Below, piece after piece: positions 39,442-52,433 of a stretch of DNA of 64,000 bases (its first letter is position 1; the number at the start of each line of letters is the position of its first letter). The stretch lies in the NCBI RefSeq assembly GCF_009914755.1, contig NC_060933.1; one strand, given 5' to 3'. Position numbers and translations under genes: made by a program. The notes beneath the pieces were generated by a model. That model was not told the origin of the DNA, ran no database searches, and worked only from the letters and a program-made list of their open reading frames with translations. Source of the stretch: the human T2T-CHM13v2.0 reference genome, Homo sapiens.

Positions 39442-42409
39442 TCAGGGAGACCATATTTCTTTTCTCTGAGGCAACAACCTTGGGGAAAAGTCCCCAACAG
39501 GACAATCCCTGCCTTCTAGACATTTTCCATCCTGATCCTCCCCCCAGAATGGGAAGCCTGGTGGATGCTGCTGCTTCAGTCACGTGTCCATGGGTGGCCT
39601 GAGGTGAGAGAACCCAAGATTTCACCAATTCTAATCCTTAAAAGGACCTTGTAGATAAATCTCCCACCTTACCAGCCCACATATACTTCTCACTCGCCAG
39701 CTCTTGCCCCACACAGGTTTCCTTGGTGGCCAGACTAATGAAACTAACGTTCTTTTCTACTTGGTTACACTGTTTCACATTGTAAGTAAACAACCTGGGG
39801 CCATCTCTTTTAGTGTTCCAAGCACCAGGCCGGTGCTTGCCCTCTCGGTGTTTCTTCCCTCGTCTATTGACAACAGTTCTTTGGCTGGCCTTCCGGAAAT
39901 TACCTTCCCTCGTTGTAAGAGGTCTTGCGGGAGCTGTCTGGCAGGGTGCCCCCTATCCCCTGGCCAAGGAATGATGGGTGTGTGTGGTCTGAGCTACCCA
40001 GGCAGACTCTCTTTCCCTGGATTGATTGATTGATTTGTTGTTAGCAAAATAACAGCTTTTACTTCCATGCTCTTTTTTCATTGTGATGTAATTCACATAG
40101 GACAAAACGCACAGATTTCACCTGTATAGTCTGCTGAAAACGCACCTTTGTAACCAGCACAGTGTCCATCCTCACCACCCAGGATATTCTCTTGAGCCCT
40201 TTCCAGTGAGCCCCCTGCAGAGGCAGCCACTGGTATGATTTCTGCCCCCGTACCTGACTGCCTGTCCTAGAACTCCTACAAATGGACCGTGGACTTTTTT
40301 GGATCTGGCTTCTTTTGCTCACAATGTCATGTCTGTGCGATTTGTCCCTGTCCTACTCATGGACAGTCCCTTCGGTTGCTGCTGGGTGGTGTCCAGTGTA
40401 GTATTCCTGCACCTTTGTTCTCCTGGAAATTAGAATCTGGGGACAGCAAGACCAAGGACCGTCTCAACACTGGCCCCTCCAAGAGAGGCTGCTGGGCCAG
40501 TCCTGCTTTGTGAGGCCCGGCTGTTCCACCTTTCCCTCCATGTGGGAGCTCCCACAGACCTTTCCAGAAATCTCTCTTAAGTTGGCTGGAGCCCATTTCT
40601 GCTGTTTGCAATGAAACGTCTGACTTGATATGTCTCATTCTGCTGCTTAAGACTCTTCTGAGGCGTCCACAGCCCAAAGGGTGAAGTCCAAGTGCTCACA
40701 GAGACCACCAGGCCATCTATGGCCCAGACCCGTTCCCCCAGCCCCCATGCACACTCTCAGACGCTGCCTCCTCTCCTCCCAGCCTCCCACCTCCCCTGCA
40801 GGGAGGCACTTCCTGCCCCGCCTGTTCTGGTGAATGCCTCGCTCCCTCTGCCTGCAGCCTAGACAGCCTGTCTGTGGGGAAAGCTTCTGTGATGAACAGC
40901 ACCCGCCCCCCGCCGGCCCCCAAGGAAAGCTGAGGGGCTCCGCGCAGTGCCCTCCACGCCACGTCGTTCCTGACCCGCCACCTTGGCTGAGATGTTGATG
41001 TTGGGTTGTCTGGGCTGTGGCCCCCTTGGACTGCAGGATCCAGGGCCCAGGGCTCTGGCCGGCTGGCTCCCTGCCCCACCCCCGATGCCCAAGCCTGGCA
41101 CATGGTGGTGTTCAGCACACACTGGCTGAATGAATGACTTTGTTAAAAGAATGAATGAAAGTCCAAGGAGGCGGGGCTGCCGCACACTTCAGTCTGGCCT
41201 CTGAGGAGCCCAGTTCCCTCTCCAAATGGGAAAACCAGGCCTGCTGTGTGTGCGGCTCTGGTGGGAGGCGCACGATCCCCTGTGAGCCTGTCACGGCAGG
41301 GGCCCTGATCCTCCTTGATCCTCACCTCTCGGCCCCTCGGCTCCCGCTCAGACTGGGCCCCTGTCCCCAGCCCCTAGCCCAGCTTTCAGTAAGAGCGAAA
41401 AAGAGTGGTGAGGAAATACAATTCAATGTCAGGTGCTATGAGAGGCAGTGGAGGAGAGAGCTCTCTGGAGCCATAAACCCCGCTCGAAAGCAGGAAAACA
41501 TTCCACAGTTGGTTTTGTGCATGAGTGTGTGTGTGTGTTTTTTTGCAGCTGTAAACTCCAGGGCCAGGGCTGTAAGCTTGGGGAAGGGAAAAAGCGAAGG
41601 GGGAGGAGGTGGAGAAGGGAGCGGAGCTGCACATGTGTTGCAGCGATTAAGGAGAATGGGGGCCGGGAGGGACGTCCCAAAGGGGGGAGACAGGTGGCTG
41701 GGCCTGGGGCAGCCTGAGGAGCCCCTGCAGAAGGGCTGGAATGTGAGCTGCCCTCTGAGGGAGGCAGTGGAGTGCAGAACGGAGGTGGGCCGGCGGGGAG
41801 CGGGATGTGTGTGGCTCCCGTCCGAGCCCTGGCCGCCTGGACGCAGACCAGCTGGCTTTGGGGAAGGCGTCCAGCTCTGAACAGGACTGAAATGACCCTC
41901 GGTTCTCCCTGGAGCAGGGGAAGCGATTGGCCTGGGGAGCTGGGAGAGGGGGAGGCAGAGTGGAAAAGCCAGACCGGCTGCTCTTGGGGGTGTCGCTGCC
42001 CCAGGAGACACAGGGTGGGGGGCACAGGATTGGGCCAGGCCGGGAGCCGCTCAACCTGGGCAGGCTCTGAGCCAGCACAGACGTGAGCTGGCACCCCTGT
42101 TCCTTCTCACCCCGAAGCCTCCCATGGCCCCTGCCTGCCAGCCCACCATTCAGGAGTCCCCGGCATCCACCCTACTCTCCACCTGCTCTGGGCTTTAGCC
42201 AAACCAGATCCCCACAGCCATATGCCCTCCAGACTCTGGGCCTCTGCATGACCTTCTGCCAGGAGACCCTCCCCTGGTTCCCTGTGTAGCCTCAGCTTCT
42301 CCTGACCCCCCAGAGGGGTGTGGGCTCTCCCTGCTCAGAATCCCCATGGCACTGAGTGTGTCTTGAAAACCAATCATGTCCACGGATGGACGGTTGGTCA
42401 GCGCTGGCC

Positions 42410-42520
42410 ATGTACCAAGGACTCTTCATACCTGTCTCGTTGGGCCCTTCCAGCAGCCGGGAGGTGGGGTGGAGGCCTCTGTTCTCCCCATTTTACAGAA
42501 GAGGAGACTGAGGCCCAGGG
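42410..42520. mobile_element. MIR fragment
   Basis: Core CCCCATTTTACAGAAGAGGAGACTGAGGCCCAG. Confidence 0.75.
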
Positions 42521-42635
42521 AGCGGCAGCAGCCCTCCTCTGCCCAGCAGATGGCAGGCCCCAGTGGGCTCCAGCGGGCTGGTCCTGGGCCACGCTGGGGA
42601 GCAGGGCCGCCCTGCACTCCCCTTCCCTCACCCCC
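42432..42635 (-). other. Candidate alternative first exon of MYMK (MIR-derived ATG at 42491, 20 codons, phase-0 donor)
   Basis: First ATG downstream of the TATA is AAAATGG; encodes MGRTEASTPPPGCWKGPTRQ then CAG|GTATGA; same phase as the MYMK exon 2 acceptor. Confidence 0.5.
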
Positions 42636-42790
42636 ACAGCCGCAGGAGCGCCCCTGCTTTATAGAGGCGCTGAAATGCCTGGAATGCCAGGCAGCTCCCG
42701 CCTCCCAACAGCTGTCTGTCTGCCCGGCCCAGGAGGGCTGGCCGGCTGCTGCGTTTGCGTCCTCTACATTTTGAACACCTGACCTACAGC
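42630..42790 (-). promoter_or_regulatory. Candidate distal MYMK promoter / myogenic enhancer
   Basis: CTATAAAG on the minus strand (42664-42657), GGAATG (TEAD) 42681-42686, AACAGCTGTC E-box 42709-42714, CACCTG 42776-42781. Confidence 0.6.
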
Positions 42791-44468
42791 ACTGGGTCAC
42801 CCCAGAGCACAGCAGTCCTTGTGCCTGGGCTCTCCATGGGGCCCATGGAGGCTCCCCCACAACTGTTGGGAAGGGCAGGGCTTTGCTGCTTTCTGCCTGC
42901 TCCTCGGGGTCCCCATGCCTGTCTGGACTGCCACCCAGGGTCCTCCCCTGCGCAGCGTGACATGGCTCCGCGTGTGCCTCTGCGGCCAGGGCTGCAATGA
43001 GCAATCCGATATTATCCTCAGCTGCAGGCTGAAGATGAGCAGCTCACCACCCCCAGCTTCTGAACACCTGCCAAGTGAGCCAGGTGGAGGGCTTGGCCCA
43101 TCCTAGCTCTGGGACCTCTGCATGCCCTTGGCCCTGGGAGCCTCAGTGTCCTCGTCTGCAGAATGGAGCTTGGGGCGGGGCTACCTCCCAGGGTTGCTGC
43201 AGGGGCTGAAGAGTGCACAGACGTGAATAGCTCAGCTGCCAGCCCGGCCTCTGGCAAGGGCTCTCTAATGTCTGTTCTGTGAACCAGGGACTCCTCACCC
43301 TCCGAAGTGGGGAGACCCATCTTCCATTTACAGAGACCCAGGAGCTGGGAGAGGGGTTGGGGCTCGAACCTGGGCTTGCCTGAGCTACACGTCTGTTACC
43401 TGCTCCCCTTTGCAGGGCTGTGGGATGGTGCCTGGCAAGTGCCACTCACTGAGTGTGACTGAGAGGGGACAGCCACACCTGGGTCAGCAGCAGCCCCAGC
43501 CCACAGTTTCTTCTGGGGACCTGAGAATTCAGCTCCCGGGACCCAGCCTGCCCTTGGGGACGAGACTTGTGGCAGGGTTGCAGCTGGCGGGGATACTGTC
43601 GGGGAGCTCTTGCGGGCAGGAGACTCTTTTGCAGGCTTGCTGGGAAGCCTTTCATCTTGGCTGTGGTTCCTCCCAGAGCTGTCTCCCAGACAGCAGGGCT
43701 CTGCCTGACCTCAGGCCACAGCCACACCAGGGCTGCTCAGGTCCCTATCCCTGCTCCAGATCTGGAGACAGAGGAGCCTCTTTCTCCTAGAGTCTCAGAC
43801 CAGGAGTGGCCTAAGCAGTCTCTGTTAGCCATAGACATGAGCTCCCCCAGCTCGAGCTTTCAGCGTTGGCCTAACAGAAAACGCCAGTGCTCCTGGCTGA
43901 GAAAGAAGGAGGAAGAGGAGGAGGAGAAACCAAGTTCTGTGGTCCGGCACCAGCTGGTCACCCCTGGGGGCTGCAGTCCCCTCCTCAGGGCAGGCTCTGA
44001 TCGGGGGCATAGGTGTACCACCCAGGGATGTCCATTCTCCACCCGTGGGCTGAGCCACAGCAGGGTTGATGTTGGCAGGGAGCACTCCCAGAGGGGAATC
44101 GGAGTCCTGTGTGTGTGCTGGGAGGACGGAGAGCAGGCCAGCCCAGACCCACACCTCTCAGTGAACCAAAGGCTGCTCCTGACCCCTTTGCAGGCCCTGC
44201 GTCCCTGTTGGTCCCAGCCTCTTGTCTGCCCCAGCTTGCCTCTCTACGTGGAAACTTGCCCCTCTTGGGCACCACATCCCTGGGCTTGCAGGGAAAGGAG
44301 AAGCTGAGTCAGGGCTCGCAAGGCCCTGGGCTCCAGGAACAGCAGTGGAGGCCATCGGGGAGGGTCCCGCTGCTGGTCCTGGTGGGGAGGCTGAGCACGT
44401 CCTGCTGCTCTGGGCTCTCCTGGGACCCAGGTGCACCCCATCCTGGACCAATGACAGGCACCCCATCC

Positions 44469-45358
44469 TAGCCCCAGACATCTCACAGGCACACTCGAGA
44501 GACAATGTGAGAAAGTTGGCCAGGCTGAGAAAGTCCACTTGGACTCAGGCGGGGTCCAAGCCTTGGCCTCAGCTTCCTTCTCTGTCTGGGCGTGGCAGTG
44601 TTACCTGATGTGGCATTGTCAGGATGGAGGATGACAGCAGAGTAGACACTGGCCCCGGGCTACCCTTTGGGCTCAGAGCAAAGCACGTGCAGCCCTTCCT
44701 TTCTCCACCACCATCCCAGGCCCTTCTCCCATATGGACTCATTTCAGCCTCACAAGAGTCCAGCATGGGGAGTGCCTTATCACCGCCACTTTACAGGTGA
44801 GGAAGCTGAGGCACAGAGAAGCTTCTGCCCTCGCCCAAAGTCACCCAGCTGGAGAGAGACGGAGTCAGGATTTGAACCCAAAGAGTCCGGTTCCAGGCAC
44901 TCACGCGTGAGGCTGCTGTTGCTGTGCTATTGGAAGAGCTGCTGCTTCCTATGCTGAGCCTCCACGCTAAGCCTCTGAGACGGGGCCCTTCTGAGTGTCG
45001 GGATCCAAGGTCCTGGGTTTCCTGCTTCACCTGGCTGTGACACCAGTGGCTGCCCGCCCCTGGTCACTGTGGGTGGCATGGAAGAAAGAGCTCACTGGCT
45101 TGGTGATGTCCTCCTGCCCCCAGCAGATATCCCTGACACGGGGCATCTCTGGAGGTCATGGCCGTGTGCGAGCAGAGCCCGAGGGGCTGCTGGGGGCTGG
45201 GGTTCTTCCGGTCCGCCAGCTTTCAGATGATGCTTCCAGGAGTCCTGGTGCCCAGAAGGGGCCTCAGGGCTGCTGGGGAGAAGAGGGGAAGCAGGAGCCC
45301 CCACCTCTGCTTTTGTCTCAGTTGTCTCTTGAGTGTGCCTGTGAGATGTCTGGGGCTA
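44469..45358. repeat. 37-bp inverted repeat (44469-44505 and 45322-45358), 36/37 identical
   Basis: TAGCCCCAGACATCTCACAGGCACACTC(G/A)AGAGACAA and its reverse complement. Confidence 0.93.
44738..44900. mobile_element. MIR fragment
   Basis: CACTTTACAGGTGAGGAAGCTGAGGCACAGAGA..CCCAAAGTCACCCAGCT..GGATTTGAACCCA. Confidence 0.8.
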
Positions 45359-45972
45359 AAAAAGGACCTTGACCTTGTGCAACAGACCAGGAAACTCGGC
45401 CTGTCAGGGACAAGTGGCCTGAAGTGACCTGGCCAGCCAGTGGTCGTGCATGGACCTGGGACCAGCCAGGGAAGGCGGGGGAGGCTCTTCCCGTATATCC
45501 AGCCCCAGGGGGGTCTCAGGGACAGCTGGCTTCTATCCTGGGCCAGGAAGGAAGCTCGGGGACAGGGACGGCTCTTGGGGTTGCTGAGGCCCCCTCGCTC
45601 TTTCCCTGGGGCTGCCTTCTGAGTCCTGGTCCTCTTCCGGGGCTGCCAGCCACCTCCCAGCTGGCCACATGGTCCCTTGGTGGCCCCGTCCCAGTCAGGT
45701 GTGAGAACTCTGGCTGGGTCTGCCCAGGAGGCTCCTAGGATGTTCTGGGTCCTGGGCTGGCAACAGAGAAGAACCGCAGGATGCCAGGGAAGGTGGTATT
45801 GGTGGGCCACTCTTGAGGCTGTGGCCGGCCAGCCCTATCGGCTAGGTGAACCACACTACACACATACATTTGCCAGGCCTGCTAGGCCTCTGGGTGACAG
45901 AGAGGGGACCCACCTCGACAGCTCGGGCCACGTCCTTAAACTCCCGAGCCTGCTGTGGCCACTTTGCTGTGA

Positions 45973-46518
<546 letters not shown>

Positions 46519-47159
46519 TAAAGGCAGGTGGTGTCTCCAGCACCAGGGCCATACGGCTGCAACACCCCTACAAGTGCCGGTAGGTGTGGGCTGAGACCAT
46601 CCTACATGGGGAAGGCCCTGAGAGGCCGGGAATTTGCAGGCCGAAGAGGGATCCTGGAGAGTGGGGGACTCACCTCAACAGCACTCTCTAAGGGGTAAGG
46701 AGCCCCTGGCATCAGGAGCTACCAGAGCACCTGCTACGTGCCAGTCATGGCTCCCTGTGGGCCTCAAGTCTGCAGGCTCTGGGGTAAGGGGTGGGGGTGG
46801 TGTGGAAGTGTGGCTGGCCAGGGGAGCTGGGGCCTGGAGGGTCACACACCTGCAGGAGGTCACAGAGCCAGGGGATGGCTGGCCCCACAGACCCGTCTCC
46901 CAGGTGGCCAGCCTGCAGCCTGTGCCGTCCTGCTGAGCCAAGAGAAGACACTGGGGGTGTTTGTGTTGGTCGGCTGTGGGGTCCCTCCCAAGGGAAACCG
47001 TTAGTCACCCTGGCGCTGGCTGGATGTGAGGCCACAAACGCCAGGAGAGCTCGGGGACTGTGCCAAGGGGTGCGAGGCCTGGCGGTCACCAGAAGAGAGA
47101 GGAAGGGGATGGCAGAGGCACCCAGAGCGAGTGTAATCCGGTCATGTGAGAGGGACTGG

Positions 47160-47170
47160 GTGTGTGTGTG

Positions 47171-47206
<36 letters not shown>
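47160..47206. repeat. (TG)n microsatellite
   Basis: About 20 TG units with one interruption. Confidence 0.95.
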
Positions 47207-47209
<3 letters not shown>

Positions 47210-47264
47210 GGTGACAGGTGCCACCATGTCTGTGATTCAGCACAGCGACCCCAGGGGGCAGTGT

Positions 47265-47289
47265 GGGCCTGGGTTAGGGTTAGGGTTAG
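47265..47289 (+). repeat. Short interstitial telomeric repeat / G4 motif
   Basis: GGGCCTGGGTTAGGGTTAGGGTTAG. Confidence 0.85.
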
Positions 47290-48379
47290 TCCTGGTTCCA
47301 CACCGCAGGTGGCCCTGTGACTAGGAGCAGCCACCTTGCATCCCAGTTGCCCCAGCAGGAGAATGAGATGAATAAGACTTGCCTGCCCGAGGGTCCCGGG
47401 GAGAGAAACTTAAACAACCCGGCAGAGGAGAGAACCCGACACTCAGGAGCGCTGGCATCCCAGCCTTGCCTACTGGAGAGGTGACTTGGTCCCCGAACCT
47501 CAGTTCTTCCACCTGTGAAATGCAGATCATAAAGGTGGATCTGGCCTCACAGCTCTGGGCCCGTAGGACAAGCTGGACAGAGGGCAGACGGTATTATCGC
47601 TTTCACTACTATTACTGGTGGCTTTCCTTCCCAGCCTTTCTGGTGGGTGGTCAGACACAGGGCAGAACTTTCTCATGAAGGCAGCTGAAGGAACTCACAA
47701 GTTTCTTCCAGCAGGGAGGACAGAGGGAAGGAGAAGTGTCTTCCCGGCACTGCTGTGGGCCCAGGACATCTGCTGCATGGAGGCAGGGGCATGGATGAAA
47801 AGACACAGATGACCTGATGGAATGGTGCCCCAGCTTCCTCCTCCTCCCCTTTTTGGAGGTGCCTCTGTTTGCCGAGGATGGGCTCTGGGGAAGCTGGTGT
47901 GCAGAGGCTAGGTGCCCAGCCTTGCTTTAGGAAAGCCTCACAAAGTCTGGGGCCCGCCGGGAGTTTCCCAGGGGGGCTCTGCTGCTCCACCCACTCTCGC
48001 TCCCCTCTGTGCCCTGACTCAGCAGGAACAGAGGCTTGAGCTCCAGGCCTGGCCTGCCAGGGGCTGCCAAGTTGGTGCTGGACATCTGCAGAATCCCTGA
48101 GCCTCTCTGCCCTGGCCCTGGCTGCTCTAGCCATCTGGTCAGCAGGCCACGGGCACATCTGTCTCCTCCCTGGAGCCCTTGGTTCATTCTCGCTGGGTCT
48201 CCCTGCGTCCCTCCACCTGCTTAGGCCCCTGCATCTCGGGAGCTTTCTGAGGCTCGTGACCTGGGGCACGGTCGTCCCGGAAGTTCAGCCTTTCCCTCCG
48301 TACAACGGAGCCATCAGACGGGACACCTCATACATCCCAGACCCCATTCTCAGGAGCCCCAGGGACAGGGCCCGCTCTG

Positions 48380-49100
48380 GAGGCAGAAGCCGGACAGGCG
48401 GGGCTGGGGCTTTGCCACCGCCAGCCTCCCCGGTAACCTCAGGCCAGCGGCTGCTCCGTCTGGACACCCGACATGTGGCCCCCAGTTCTGGACCCGGGAA
48501 GAAGGCCTCCCTGCTCGCCGCTCCTGGGCCGCCGCCGCCGGCAGCAGCCAACAGGCAGCTGGGCCGGCCTGGCCGGGCTCCAGAGGCGCAGAGCGGGTTA
48601 AAGTGTGCGCCAGGCCGGCCGGCGCGGGCGGGGGAGCGGCCTGGTGGGAAGTGTGAGTGTTCCTCCCCGTCTGCCTGACAGCTATAAAGGCGGCCGCCGG
48701 CGCAGAGCCGCCACTGGGCTGCGCCCCTCCCGGGAACCCCCTCTCTTGGATGCTCTTTGAAGTGGGAGAGGGAGGCGGCGCGGGGGAGGAGGGGAAGGGG
48801 AGAGGGAGGCCGGGCCGCAGCCTCTGCACTCACGCCGCCCCCGCACGCACAGCGCACCTGGCGCCGTCTGCCCTCCGCAGCGCTCGCCCCTTTCTCTGGG
48901 AGGACAACCTGCTGACCCGAAGCCAGGTAGGCCACCTCGTCCCCGTCCCCCTCACGTTGCAGCGTCCACCAGGCCAGCCCACTGCTCAGAGTGGGGCTGG
49001 GGGTAGGAGCACCCCGCGCCCTCTGGAGCCGTTACATAACGTGGGGAGGCTTGTGGGGAGGGGTCGGGCCGCAGAGCACGGGGCAGGGTGGCCTCCCAGC
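48380..49100 (+). promoter_or_regulatory. ADAMTSL2: ADAMTSL2 CpG-island promoter with TATA box
   Basis: Dense CpG/GC (GCGGCCGC, GGCGCGGGCGGGG); TATAAA at 48683-48688; CAGCTG near 48556; followed by exon-1 donor. Confidence 0.85.
48713..48926 (+). other. ADAMTSL2: ADAMTSL2 exon 1 (5' UTR); start estimated from the TATA position
   Basis: Begins about 25-30 nt after TATAAA; donor CAG|GTAGGC at 48927; next strong acceptor is exon 2 at 50572. Confidence 0.75.
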
Positions 49101-50508
49101 ACCTAGCCTTGTGCGCCCGGAGCTCTGTGTGCACGGCAGACCTCTCTGCTGCCGCCAGCCGCTGCTTTTGGACCCCAGGGAGGGATGGATCCCCGTGAGC
49201 GAGGCCTGGCCAGAAGCCAGTGGTGTCTGGAAGCCTTAATGAAAAAAGCAAGTGTGAGGCCGGCTGGCACCTGTCTTCAGCCGGCAGGCAGAGGCTGGGG
49301 CACCCGTTAGCCAATGGCACAGTGGAGGGGGCTCCTGTGGGTGTGAGGCTGAGAGTGCAGATGGAGGTCTGCAGGGGAGGGAGGTGGGGGGCAGGCGGCG
49401 GGGGCAGGGGAGGTCAGACTCAGGCTCCCCACTCCAGGGTGCACTGCTGCGTCGTCCGGGCTGCAGTGGTGTCCTTGGAGTGGCCCCTGAAAATCTGCAG
49501 GTGCCGGGCCTGCAAGGAAACTCTTCAAGTTGGATGGAGGCTGCTGAGGAGGGAGGGGCAGAGCCCGAGTTGGCCTCTGGCCTGGCAGGGGTGAGGGGTG
49601 ACCTCCATGCCTTCTTCCCCTGGAATTGGCCAGGCGTGGGGGTCGAGTCCCTGAGTTTGCTAGTGTGCTACCTTGCTGTGTGGCTTTGAGCAGGTTGGCT
49701 CCCCTCTCTGGGCTCCAGGTTATGAGTGCAGGCTGCGTGGTTTCTGAAATCCCTTCTCTAACTCGCTGGCAAGTGACCCTCAGCACCTGAGCAAGGCCTG
49801 GACAGAGGTCATGGTGGATCTCTGGTCTTCCCTTCCACAGGGCAGGGTCGACGCTGAGGAGGGGGTGGGGAGAGCTGAGGGCCTGGAGGCTGGACAGTCC
49901 CTTCCAATGGGCTTGCTTTGACCCCTGGCAGGTGTTTTGAGCCAAGGGTGCTGGCTGTTGGGAGGAAGTCAGCCTTGTGGCCCTGGACTGCTGACATGCT
50001 GGCACAAACTGCACCTCCTCCTGCCCTGCCCCTCCCCCAATTCCATCTTCTCTCCGGGGATCGGGAGGCGGCATAGGTACCTGGGTTCTGCCTCACCTGA
50101 GTGCCGGCTGTTGCTGGATGCTGACTGTGGAGCTGCTGGTCTAGGGCGAGGCTGCACATTCCCCCGGGACCTGGCCAAGCCCATCCCCATGCACTGACCC
50201 TAGCAGCCAGTGGCAGAGGCCATTCTCCTGCGAGGCCAGCAAGAGCTGAGCCAGTTAAAATCCCAAGGTGCTCCTGCCAAGGCGCTGGACTGAGCCCAGG
50301 CCCATCCCTTCGAACCAGAGCCTTTCCCCCCGCCTGGGTCCCCAGCCCCCTCAGCCGAGGCTGGCTGTCTCCACAGCCCTTCTCTAGGGGGCTTGAGGAC
50401 TTGGAGGCAAAGCATGGCATGCTTCCCTGCATGCCCTTGGATCAAGGGTGGCACAGGCTTAGCACGCACACCGCCGCTGGGTGTCTTGCCTGAAGCAGGC
50501 ATTACTAA

Positions 50509-50865
<357 letters not shown>

Positions 50866-51380
50866 TGATCACTCTCAGATGGACTGGCTTGGAGGGAGCC
50901 GTGTGGGCACGTGCCCCAGGTCCCAGAACCCATCTTGGCTCCTAGAAACTTCTGCCCAGAGCCAGTCAGATCAGCCTCTGAACTGGGGCCCTGGCTACTG
51001 TGGAGCCCCTGGCGACTTGGCAGGCGAGGGCTGAGGGGGCTGAGTGCTTCCCTTCCAAGTGAAGGCCCCAGCACGGCCAGGGTAGGCTGTGTCCTGCAGA
51101 ACGCAGTTGGGCCCTGAGCTGCTCCGGGGAAAGTGAGGACAGTTAGATGCGGCCCCAGGAGCTTGCCAAGCCCCCAGGCCATCCTGGACCTTAAGGTCAA
51201 GGAGGACCCGTGGCCCACGGTTCCTTGGGAGTTCCCCCCAGCGCCACCCAGGAGATCTGAACCCAAGCTGCCGAGTGACCCTGCAAGGGGGCCCAGCCAG
51301 GGGGCTGTGTCTTCTGGTCCCGCTGACGGTGATACCCTCGGGCATGGGGTGGGGGCAGGCTGGTCCTCCTGGGCACTTGA

Positions 51381-51686
<306 letters not shown>

Positions 51687-52357
51687 TGAGTCCCCCCATC
51701 AGCCTCTGCTGGACGCGGCTATGGATGGGCCCCAGCACTGGTGCTCTGGGGTCCTTCATGCTTCAGGGCACCAGGAAAGCCCTTTCACGAGAGGGCAGGA
51801 GCCATTTCTAGAGGTCTGTCCTGGAGGCGGAGAACCACCCTGACTTCTCTTCTGAAGACCTGAGTGAGGGTCTTTAGAATATGCCAGGGAGCCCCGGGAG
51901 AAGCAGAGGACTGGCAGGAAAGCCTCCGCTGCCAGATGGACCTGGCTCCTATCTAGCCTGTGCTACTCCCTCACTGTATGACCTTGGGCAAGTCACTTAA
52001 CCTCTCTGAGCATCAGTTTTCTCATCCATGGCATGGAGAGCGTGCTGGTCTCACCTCATGCTTCTGAGAACACACATGTGTGTGCACCTGGGCACAGGCC
52101 TGGCACACAACCCATGTGGTTGTTTCAATTCTGTGTACTGAGCCCCTGTGCTATGTGCTGCTGATGTAGAAGTGAATCAAATCTCATTCCCCCTTGGCTC
52201 TGGTGTGTGTACGGGGTGGGAGTTGAGTAGGGAGGAAGGAGCCCTCTGGGTCACGGGTATCGGGAGATTCTGGATCCCAGTGGCCGTGGGGCCAGCCCAG
52301 GCGACATTCCTGAAACTCCTCTGCAGCCCTCACTCCGAGCCTGCATCTTTCTGCCAG

Positions 52358-52433
52358 GAGGAAGTCCGTCCCGGGCCCCGGGAACAGGACCTGCACGGGC
52401 ACGTCCAAGCGGTACCAGCTCTGCAGAGTGCAG
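52358..52433 (+). CDS. ADAMTSL2: ADAMTSL2 exon 4
   Basis: (R)[25 protein letters not shown]; 76 nt; donor CAG|GTGAGG. Confidence 0.97.

Noticed and set aside
44469-45358. Tc1/mariner-type element with TA TSD
   Set aside because: TA is self-complementary and part of the arms; the interior contains an old MIR and no transposase remnant. Kept only as an inverted repeat.
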